Positions 54,358-64,000 of a stretch of 64,000 nucleotides of DNA are shown piece by piece. The stretch lies in assembly GCF_009914755.1 (NCBI RefSeq), contig NC_060939.1; one strand, given 5' to 3'. The position numbers were made by a program, and so were the translations under genes. Numbering within the stretch: position 1 is the first letter of the stretch; every line of letters begins with the position of its first letter. This DNA comes from the human T2T-CHM13v2.0 reference genome, Homo sapiens. The notes under the pieces are model-generated. The model was not told the origin of the DNA and ran no database searches. It saw only the letters and a program-made list of their open reading frames with translations.

Positions 54358-57265
54358 CATGGCTAGCATCACCCTCCTTCCTGGCAGTGACACTGCTGAT
54401 TTGAACCCCAGTTTCACAGCTGTCATTTGTAAATAGGACCATTTTCCCTTTTCTCTCTCCCTTCCATTCACAGGGCTTCTCATTCCCTCTGTTTCTGCCT
54501 CCGTTTCAGAGATTTACTCACCTTTTTCTCTCTCACTATGTCTGCCGTGGTCTCCATAAGAGTGTGCCACATAAAATTGCCCCATTAAAAGTCATGAATT
54601 GAGTGGATTTTAGTATACCTGTGGTTGTGCACATTCAATTTTAATTCGCAATCCATTTTAGAAGGTTTTATCACCCCCGACCAGAGAAACACCCTGTGGA
54701 CATTAGTCACTCCTCATTCTGTCTCAAACCCTCTCCCTGACCCTCAGCCCTAGGTAACAACTGCATAGAGCGATCAACCCCATATGCATAGATTTCCATA
54801 TTGTGGACATTTCCTATAAACGGAATTGCACAATACGTGAGCTTTTGTGACTGACATAACACTTTTAGCACAATATTTTCAAGATTCATCCACATTGCAG
54901 CCTTACCCACAGGGGGAAACCGCATTTTGTGGTTTCAGTAACACCGGGTGTTTTCTCCTTCCTTCCGTCTTTCCTTCCTTCCTTCCTTCCTTCCTTCCTT
55001 CCTTCCTTCCTTCCTTCCTTCCTTCCTCCCTTCCTCCCATTTCTCTCTTATTCCTTCTGCCCTCTCTCTTTCATATGCCTTAGGTGCATCCTACGTCCTG
55101 CGTCTTTTTGGGGAATCCTCGACAGGTGCTGGAAAACTGTGTTATTGTAATTATTTACCGGTATCTCTCTTTCATGGTTCTCCATCAGTTGTAAGCATCT
55201 ATTGGTTTATCCCAGGTCACTAAGTATATTTTAATTAGCTACACCTGTTTTTCTTTATACACCTGTTTCTGGAGTATAGGGTCGCATACTCATAAACCCA
55301 GTGTAACTCAGAAACGCATCTAATATTCCAATAGACCCATCATAACGTTGAAAAATCATAAATCAAACCAACTTAAGTCACGATTTGGCGCTGGATATGG
55401 GCTCCATCAATTCCATTGTATTCAATAATGCTGTACACCATTAACAATGGCAGACTGATTGGGCGTGGATGTGGATAACATTATAAAAATCAGTTATTAG
55501 AGGGATACTTTAACCTGACGGAAGAGCTGATCTAATGGTATTAGTACAGTGATGATTATGTGAGATGTTTTGAGACAGAGTAGTACATTTGTGTATGAGA
55601 TTCTGTGGCTTTTTTCACTTAGTAGGAACCTTTGTGTGTGGAAAACTGAGAAAATTGCTTTGTGCTGTAGAGTCTGGCATTCGTTGTAGATTAAAGCTTA
55701 TTTTTCTGGAAGTAAATCTTATTCAATAAAATACTACTCTTTATAATAAAAAACAAAGACACTGGTGATGTGAAGTCATTATCCTCAGCAAACTAATCCA
55801 GGAACAGAAAACCAAACGCCACATTCTCACTTATAATGGGAGCTGAAAAATGGGATCATGTGGACACAGGAAGGGGAACAACACACACTGGGGCCTTTCG
55901 GGAGGCAGAGCGTTAAGAAAAACAGCTACCGCATGCTGGGCTTAATACCTAGGTGATGGGTTGACAGGTGCAGCAAACCACCGTGGCACACGTTTACCTT
56001 AGTAACAAATCTGCACAGCCTGCCCATATATTGCAGAACTTAGAAACGAAACGAAAGCAAAGAAAACGAGAAAGCGATAGCAAAACGCTAACTGCGAAAC
56101 AGAGTTTCAAACTGAGAAAGTGAGAGACCAATGTTTGGTTCAAATCATGGTTCTCAACCCAGGTGCCATAAGGTCAGGATAAAGAATTTGATGACGTATT
56201 GTAAATAAGACATGCAGCGGAGGACCAGAAAAATCGTTCTCAACATACGTGTGGCTTCGAGTTCAACGGTGACACTATGTACAGTGACATAGCATTAGAT
56301 TCCAAAGGGCCGAGTCCCGCAAGACTGGCCTCCCACACTAATAATAATGGGAAGCGCTACGTTGCTTTACCTGTGCTTCTCAGCAACTGGCTATAAATCA
56401 GGTTTCCACCACTCCCAGTTTTAGTTGCATTCATTTGCTGGAAGAGCTCACAGCACGCAGGGAAACACTGACATTTCCCATTTTTTGTATTTTAGCAGAT
56501 ATTGCAAAAACTTCAGAAAAAACTTTTGGGCCCGGCATGTGGGGAGGGGCTCACTGCCTTCCAGGAAGTGTTATCCAGAAGCTCTCTAAACCCAGTCCTT
56601 TTGGGTTTTTATGGAGACCTCATTCTATAGGCATGATGGGTTAAACCATAGGCTATTGGTGATCAACTCAACCTGGGGCTCTCAACCCTCCCTGGAAATT
56701 GGGGTTGAGGCTTTGCCATTCTCAGTCTGAGTAAAAGAATTTACGCAAACGGAATTTTAAAACAGATTAGCATATCTGGAAACTTAACTAGATGACGGAA
56801 TTATCTGGAGCCACACCTTGATATTCCTAACCCGAGCACCCTCATCCAACGAATGCTCCACCCAACTGGCTCCCAAGTCTCTACGGGGTTCCAGAGCAAA
56901 AGAATGTTTATACAACGCATATCTCCACCTTTTCTTCAAAGTCTTTTCGCTTACACGGAAAGACTTCTTCAACTGCCATGCATCAGGGTCAGGGGGAGGT
57001 CTTGTTACAACACAGATCTGCGGATCTCCGGGGTTTGATTGTGGCAAGGATGCTGCTGGTGTCAAAACCACAACGTGGGAACCACAGAACCACTAGTTGG
57101 TTTTCAGTGTTTCAGTGCATACAATTCCTAATATATCTGGCCAAGAAAACTTGTAAGTTCTTAGATTGTCCCAAAGGTGGCGCATGAAATCAAATCAGGA
57201 GAACAGTTTCCTACGAGGTGTAGCCTGGGAACCTTGGGGGTGACTGATGGAAAGGAGGAGTGAAG

Positions 57266-57336
57266 CTCCGCCCTTTCCGCTGCGAGGCTGCGCCCGAGGC
57301 TATTTAAACCCACCCTGGCTGGCCTGTACTCAGATC
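57266..57336 (+). promoter_or_regulatory. Putative core promoter, copy 8
   Basis: GC box, TATTTAAA at 57301, Inr. Confidence 0.7.
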
Positions 57337-57651
57337 TTCGCAGAGCGGAGCAGCGGCCGGAGCGTTTGGCGGACTCTGCGTGGACTTGGAGCTCACAGCG
57401 TCTTGCGACTTGGAAGCGGATTCAGAGGACAGGACAGAACACTTGGGCAAGTGAATCTCTGTCTGTCTGTCTGTCTCATTGGTTGGTTTATTTCCATTTT
57501 CTTAAGGAGCACATACCTCACACCACACACACACAAACACACACACACACACGCACGCACGCACGCACACACACACGCACACACACACACTAATTCATTC
57601 TGCGGGTTAGGAAATTAGTAGGGGTCTCTGGGAGCTGCAGGTTTCCTAATC

Positions 57652-60600
57652 ATGTCTGCACCTAAGAACACTAGGGTCTTGTCTGGCTCTTCTTATGAAC
57701 GGTCCCCCAGCCCGGACTCCCCAAGATCCATGCTAGCCTCACCCAGCTTCTCCCTCTCCCCTCTCAGAAACTCAGACTTAAGAGGAAGCTCCTCACCAGG
57801 GATCCGGAGCTACCATTCACCATCCCCTAGGGCTTCACCACACTCACCTCTGTCATCACCAGTATCCCACAATCTCCCATTTGCCTGTCCTCTCCGTGAT
57901 GGGCAATCAATGAAGCCATTGGGCTCTCCCGTGTCCTCCTCTGAGGATTCTTCAGAGTCACCACGTTTATCAGTAATATACCACATGTTCCTACTGCCAT
58001 CACCCAGCAGCTCACCCCCAGCTGCTTGGGAGTCTCCTGGGTCTCCCAGCTACTCTCCAAACAACCCCAGATTTCAGCTGGAGTCAGCCCCCCACACCCA
58101 GGAATCACCTGCAAACTCACGAGCCTCACGGTGCTCCTCCCCTATGTCTTTCATCTCTTCACCCCCAGGCCTCAGGGACTCTCCTGTGGCTCCCAGTTAC
58201 TCTCAAGCCATCCCCATGTTCCTGCGGGAGTCAGCCCCATGCACTCAGGAGTCCCCCAGAGACTCACAGGTCTCGGGAGAATATGAGCGGTCCCCCAGCC
58301 CTGACTCCTCAAGATTCATGCCTGCCTCACCCAGCATCTACCTCTCCCCTCCCAGGAACTCAGACCCAAGGGGCAGCTCCTCACAAGGGATGTGGAAGTA
58401 CTCTACATCATCCCGCAGGGCTTCACCACTCTCACATCCGTCATCGGCAGAATTCCACAACTTTACATTTCCCTTTCCTAACCAAGCAGGACAATCACTC
58501 ATGTCATTGTGTTCTCCCGTGTCCTCCTCTGGAGATTCCTCACAGTCACCCCATTCATCAATAATATACCATGTGTTCTTACTGCCATCATCCAGCAGCT
58601 CACCCCCAGCCACCAATGACTCTCCTGTCTGTCCCAGCTACTCTCCAACTACGCCCAGATTTCAGCGGGCGTCGGTATCCAACACCCCAGAAACACCTAC
58701 AAACTCACAGACCTCAGTGAGATCCTCGCCAGTCTCTCTCACGTCTTCACCCCCAGGCCTTACGGACCCTCCAGTCTCTCCCAGCTACTATCCAACCACG
58801 CGCACATTTCAGCGCGGGTCAGATCCAGGAACCCAGGGATCACCAGCAAGCCCACCACTTTCACTGTGTTACTCCCCAGTCTCAAGCACGTCTTTATCTC
58901 CAACCCTCAGGGACTCTCCTGTCTGTCCCAGCTATTCTCCAACCACGCCCACGTTTCAGCGGGAGTCCGTTGCAGGCACCCAGCAATCACCAGCAAACTC
59001 ACCAATTTCACTGCGTTACTCCCCAGTCTCTCTCATGTCTTCACCAGCCCTGAGGGACTCTCCCGTCTGTCCCAGCTACTCTCCAACAACACCCACATTT
59101 CAGCTGGAGTCCGTTCGAGGCACCCCGGAGTCACCACCAAACTCACCAATTACACTCAATTACTCTCCAGTCTCTCTCATGTCTTCACCAGCCCTCAGGG
59201 ACTATCACGTCTGTCCCAGCTACTCTCCAACCACCCCCAGATTTCAGCTGGAAGCAGTTCCTTGCTCCCCGGAATCAACACCAAACTCACCAATTTCACT
59301 CAATTACTCTCCAGTCTCTCTCATGTCTTCACCAGCCCCCAGGGACTCTCCCATCTGTCCCAGCTACTCTCCAACCACGCCCAGATTTCAGCTGGAAGCA
59401 GTTCCTTGCACCCAGGAATCACCACCAAACTCACCAATTTCACTCAATTACTCCCCAGTCTCTCTCATGTCTTCACCATCCCTCAGGGACTCTCCCGTCT
59501 GTCTCAGCTACTCTCCAACCACGCCCACATTTCAGCTGGAGAACCTTCGAGGCACCCCGGAGTCACCACCAAACTCACCAATTTCACTCAATTACTCTCC
59601 AGTCTCTCTCATGTCTTCACCAGCCCTCAGGGACTCTCCCGACTGTCCCAGCTACTCTCCAACAACGCCCAGATTTCAGCTGAAAGCAGTTCCTTGCTCC
59701 CGAGAATCAACACCAAACTCACCAATTTCACTCAATTACTCTCCAGTCTCTCTCATGTCTTCACCAGCCATCAGGGACTCTCCCGTCTGTCCCAGCTACT
59801 CTCCAAAGACGCCCACATTTCAGCTGGAGTCTGTTCCAGGCACCCTGGAGTCACCACCAAACTCACCAATTTCACTCAATTACTCTCCAGTCTCTCTCAT
59901 GTCTTCACCAGCCCTCAGGGACCCTCCTGTCTGTCCCAGCTACTCTCCAACCACGCCCAGATTTCAGCTGGAAGCAGTTCCTTGCACCCCAGAATCACCA
60001 CCAAACTCACCAATTTCACTCAATTACTCTCTAGTCTCTCTCATGTCTTCACCAGCCCTCAGGGACCCTCCTGTCTGTCCCAGCTACTCTCCAAGCACCC
60101 CCAGATTTCAGCTGGAGTCAGTTCCAGGCACCCCGGAGTCACCACCAAACTCACCAGTTTCACTGAGTTACTCCCCGGTCTCTCTCATGTCTTCACCGCC
60201 AGCCCTCAGGGACTCTCCTGTGTGTCCCAGCTACTCTCCAACCACGCCCACATTTCAGCTGGAGTCAGTTCCAGGCACCCCGGAGTCACCACCAAACTCA
60301 CCAATTTCACTCAATTACTCTCCAGTCTCTCTCATGTCTTCACCAGCCCTCAGGGACTCTCCTGTCTGTCCCAGCTACTCTCCAACCACGCCCAGATTTC
60401 AGCTGGAAGCAGTTCCTTGCACCCCAGAATCACCTCCAAACTCACCAATTTCACTCAATTACTCTCTAGTCTCTCTCATGTCTTCACCAGTCCTCAGGGA
60501 CCCTCCTGTCTGTCCCAGCTACTCTCCAACCACGCCCAGATTTCAGTTGGAGTCAGTTCCAGGCACCGCGGAGTCACCACCAAACTCACCAGTTTCACTG

Positions 60601-61785
60601 AGTTACTCCCCGTTCTCTCTCATGTCTTCACCGCCAGCCCTCAGGGACTCTCCTGTTTGTCCCCGCTACTCTCCAACCACGCCCACATTCCAGCTGGAGT
60701 CACTTGCAGGCACCCAGGAATTACCTACAAACTCAGCAGTTTCACTGAGTTACTCCCCAGTCTCTCTCATGTCTTCACCCCCAGCCCCCTGGGACTCTCC
60801 TGTCTGTCCCAGCTCCTCTCCCAACACGCCCAGATTTCAGAGGGAGTCAGCCTCCCACACTCCGGAATCACCTACAGACTCACAGACTTCACGGAGGTCC
60901 TCCCTGGTCTCTCTCAGGTCTTTGCCCTCAGCCCACAGGGACTCTTGTGTCTCTTTCAGCTACTCTCGAAACTTCTCTAGATTCCAGCTGGACTCAGTTC
61001 CAGGCACCCACGACACACCACCAAACTCACGAATTTCACTGACTTACTCCCCAGTCTCTCTCATATTCTCACCCCCAGCCCTCAGGGACTCTTCTGTCTC
61101 TCTCAGCTACTCTCCAGCCATCTCCACATCACACCTGGGGTCAGCTTCCCACACCCAGGAATCACCTACAAACTCACGGACCTTACTGCAACCCTCCCCC
61201 ATTTCTTTCACCTCTTCACCCCCTGCTTTCAGGGACTCTCCTGTGTCTCCCAGCTTCTCTCCAGCCTTCCCCAGATTTCTGTCACACTCAGCCCCAGGCA
61301 CCCAGGGTTACCCTGGACACTCACAGGCCTCACGAGACTATTTCCCAATGACTTGTATCTATAGAGGGATGGCTCCCATACTTCCCTCAGTGACCTCAAA
61401 CCCATCTCCACTTACACTCAGACACTCCCAGGGCCTGACAGCTACTCCCCGTTATTGTCCTTCAGCTCGAAGCCCTGGCCCATCTACTAGCCAACATGAT
61501 GCAGCTACCTGGCCATGTCTCCACATTTCTGGGGAGGGCCCCACACCCAGCCGCAGAAGAGCCCCTCCTGCATTCCGTCCTCACACACAGGCCTGTCCAT
61601 CCACTTGCTACTGTCACACTCTTGCCAGCAGAAGAGGCCCCTGTAATGGCCGATATCACCGCCCAGTCTATCCTCACCCCACAGCTGTGCAGCGGGACCC
61701 TCCTGCTGGCCCACGTGGCTGCCACAGCCCATGCTGGCACGACGCTCCAGCATGTCGGCGTCCCTGCGGGCCACGCTACCGGTGA
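57652..61785 (+). CDS. Putative CTD-like repeat protein, copy 8 (1377 aa, intact)
   Basis: Open 4.1-kb frame with conserved start and stop. Confidence 0.55.
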   Translation: MSAPKNTRVLSGSSYERSPSPDSPRSMLASPSFSLSPLRNSDLRGSSSPGIRSYHSPSPRASPHSPLSSPVSHNLPFACPLRDGQSMKPLGSPVSSSEDSSESPRLSVIYHMFLLPSPSSSPPAAWESPGSPSYSPNNPRFQLESAPHTQESPANSRASRCSSPMSFISSPPGLRDSPVAPSYSQAIPMFLRESAPCTQESPRDSQVSGEYERSPSPDSSRFMPASPSIYLSPPRNSDPRGSSSQGMWKYSTSSRRASPLSHPSSAEFHNFTFPFPNQAGQSLMSLCSPVSSSGDSSQSPHSSIIYHVFLLPSSSSSPPATNDSPVCPSYSPTTPRFQRASVSNTPETPTNSQTSVRSSPVSLTSSPPGLTDPPVSPSYYPTTRTFQRGSDPGTQGSPASPPLSLCYSPVSSTSLSPTLRDSPVCPSYSPTTPTFQRESVAGTQQSPANSPISLRYSPVSLMSSPALRDSPVCPSYSPTTPTFQLESVRGTPESPPNSPITLNYSPVSLMSSPALRDYHVCPSYSPTTPRFQLEAVPCSPESTPNSPISLNYSPVSLMSSPAPRDSPICPSYSPTTPRFQLEAVPCTQESPPNSPISLNYSPVSLMSSPSLRDSPVCLSYSPTTPTFQLENLRGTPESPPNSPISLNYSPVSLMSSPALRDSPDCPSYSPTTPRFQLKAVPCSRESTPNSPISLNYSPVSLMSSPAIRDSPVCPSYSPKTPTFQLESVPGTLESPPNSPISLNYSPVSLMSSPALRDPPVCPSYSPTTPRFQLEAVPCTPESPPNSPISLNYSLVSLMSSPALRDPPVCPSYSPSTPRFQLESVPGTPESPPNSPVSLSYSPVSLMSSPPALRDSPVCPSYSPTTPTFQLESVPGTPESPPNSPISLNYSPVSLMSSPALRDSPVCPSYSPTTPRFQLEAVPCTPESPPNSPISLNYSLVSLMSSPVLRDPPVCPSYSPTTPRFQLESVPGTAESPPNSPVSLSYSPFSLMSSPPALRDSPVCPRYSPTTPTFQLESLAGTQELPTNSAVSLSYSPVSLMSSPPAPWDSPVCPSSSPNTPRFQRESASHTPESPTDSQTSRRSSLVSLRSLPSAHRDSCVSFSYSRNFSRFQLDSVPGTHDTPPNSRISLTYSPVSLIFSPPALRDSSVSLSYSPAISTSHLGSASHTQESPTNSRTLLQPSPISFTSSPPAFRDSPVSPSFSPAFPRFLSHSAPGTQGYPGHSQASRDYFPMTCIYRGMAPILPSVTSNPSPLTLRHSQGLTATPRYCPSARSPGPSTSQHDAATWPCLHISGEGPTPSRRRAPPAFRPHTQACPSTCYCHTLASRRGPCNGRYHRPVYPHPTAVQRDPPAGPRGCHSPCWHDAPACRRPCGPRYR

Positions 61786-64000
61786 CATGGCTAGCATCAC
61801 CCTCCTTCCTGGCAGTGACACTGCTGATTTGAACCCCAGTTTCACAGCTGTCATTTGTAAATAGGACCATTTTCCCTTTTCTCTCTCCCTTCCATTCACA
61901 GGGCTTCTCATTCCCTCTGTTTCTGCCTCCGTTTCAGAGATTTACTCACCTTTTTCTCTCTCACTATGTCTGCCGTGGTCTCCATAAGAGTGTGCCACAT
62001 AAAATTGCCCCATTAAAAGTCATGAATTGAGTGGATTTTAGTATACCTGTGGTTGTGCACATTCAATTTTAATTCGCAATCCATTTTAGAAGGTTTTATC
62101 ACCCCCGACCAGAGAAACACCCTGTGGACATTAGTCACTCCTCATTCTGTCTCAAACCCTCTCCCTGACCCTCAGCCCTAGGTAACAACTGCATAGAGCG
62201 ATCAACCCCATATGCATAGATTTCCATATTGTGGACATTTCCTATAAACGGAATTGCACAATACGTGAGCTTTTGTGACTGACATAACACTTTTAGCACA
62301 ATATTTTCAAGATTCATCCACATTGCAGCCTTACCCACAGGGGGAAACCGCATTTTGTGGTTTCAGTAACACCGGGTGTTTTCTCCTTCCTTCCGTCTTT
62401 CCTTCCTTCCTTCCTTCCTTCCTTCCTTCCTTCCTTCCTTCCTTCCTTCCTTCCTCCCTTCCTCCCATTTCTCTCTTATTCCTTCTGCCCTCTCTCTTTC
62501 ATATGCCTTAGGTGCATCCTACGTCCTGCGTCTTTTTGGGGAATCCTCGACAGGTGCTGGAAAACTGTGTTATTGTAATTATTTACCGGTATCTCTCTTT
62601 CATGGTTCTCCATCAGTTGTAAGCATCTATTGGTTTATCCCAGGTCACTAAGTATATTTTAATTAGCTACACCTGTTTTTCTTTATACACCTGTTTCTGG
62701 AGTATAGGGTCGCATACTCATAAACCCAGTGTAACTCAGAAACGCATCTAATATTCCAATAGACCCATCATAACGTTGAAAAATCATAAATCAAACCAAC
62801 TTAAGTCACGATTTGGCGCTGGATATGGGCTCCATCAATTCCATTGTATTCAATAATGCTGTACACCATTAACAATGGCAGACTGATTGGGCGTGGATGT
62901 GGATAACATTATAAAAATCAGTTATTAGAGGGATACTTTAACCTGACGGAAGAGCTGATCTAATGGTATTAGTACAGTGATGATTATGTGAGATGTTTTG
63001 AGACAGAGTAGTACATTTGTGTATGAGATTCTGTGGCTTTTTTCACTTAGTAGGAACCTTTGTGTGTGGAAAACTGAGAAAATTGCTTTGTGCTGTAGAG
63101 TCTGGCATTCGTTGTAGATTAAAGCTTATTTTTCTGGAAGTAAATCTTATTCAATAAAATACTACTCTTTATAATAAAAAACAAAGACACTGGTGATGTG
63201 AAGTCATTATCCTCAGCAAACTAATCCAGGAACAGAAAACCAAACGCCACATTCTCACTTATAATGGGAGCTGAAAAATGGGATCATGTGGACACAGGAA
63301 GGGGAACAACACACACTGGGGCCTTTCGGGAGGCAGAGCGTTAAGAAAAACAGCTACCGCATGCTGGGCTTAATACCTAGGTGATGGGTTGACAGGTGCA
63401 GCAAACCACCGTGGCACACGTTTACCTTAGTAACAAATCTGCACAGCCTGCCCATATATTGCAGAACTTAGAAACGAAACGAAAGCAAAGAAAACGAGAA
63501 AGCGATAGCAAAACGCTAACTGCGAAACAGAGTTTCAAACTGAGAAAGTGAGAGACCAATGTTTGGTTCAAATCATGGTTCTCAACCCAGGTGCCATAAG
63601 GTCAGGATAAAGAATTTGATGACGTATTGTAAATAAGACATGCAGCGGAGGACCAGAAAAATCGTTCTCAACATACGTGTGGCTTCGAGTTCAACGGTGA
63701 CACTATGTACAGTGACATAGCATTAGATTCCAAAGGGCCGAGTCCCGCAAGACTGGCCTCCCACACTAATAATAATGGGAAGCGCTACGTTGCTTTACCT
63801 GTGCTTCTCAGCAACTGGCTATAAATCAGGTTTCCACCACTCCCAGTTTTAGTTGCATTCATTTGCTGGAAGAGCTCACAGCACGCAGGGAAACACTGAC
63901 ATTTCCCATTTTTTGTATTTTAGCAGATATTGCAAAAACTTCAGAAAAAACTTTTGGGCCCGGCATGTGGGGAGGGGCTCACTGCCTTCCAGGAAGTGTT

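Larger units (their letters stand above)
6210..64000 (+). repeat. Tandem macrosatellite/composite array (ACRO1-composite-like), 8 full units plus a partial ninth
   Basis: The anchor tcac(t/c)cccg.ccagagaaa recurs at 6210, 12502, 18818, 26851, 33984, 40670, 47380, 54671 and 62099 (units of 6292, 6316, 8033, 7133, 6686, 6710, 7291, 7428 bp). The array is directly visible; the ACRO name is from recall of the 147-bp monomer and ~7-kb unit. Confidence 0.95.

Overview
Primate (human or great-ape-like) genomic DNA. Bases 1 to about 6.2 kb are a unique, TE-dense flank (old L1, Alu, an MST-type LTR) that includes an inversion splitting one Alu. From about 6210 to the window end lies a head-to-tail tandem array of a 6.3-8.0 kb composite unit: 8 complete copies plus a partial ninth. 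It matches my recollection of the ACRO1-containing composite repeat of acrocentric short arms; this is not database-checked. Each unit has a ~3.4 kb TE-derived spacer and a gene-like cassette: GC box, TATA box and initiator, an AUG-free leader in copy 1, one uninterrupted 3.0-4.7 kb ORF, and a poly(A) signal. The ORF runs through the 144/147-bp satellite. The 147-bp monomer is exactly seven 21-bp heptads resembling the RNA polymerase II CTD repeat YSPTSPS. Six of eight ORFs are intact (993-1569 aa), one has a nonsense change and one a 1-bp frameshift. The main candidate system is a tandem multicopy gene family, hidden in 'satellite' DNA, encoding length-variable Pol II CTD-like proteins. Expression and translation cannot be shown from sequence alone.
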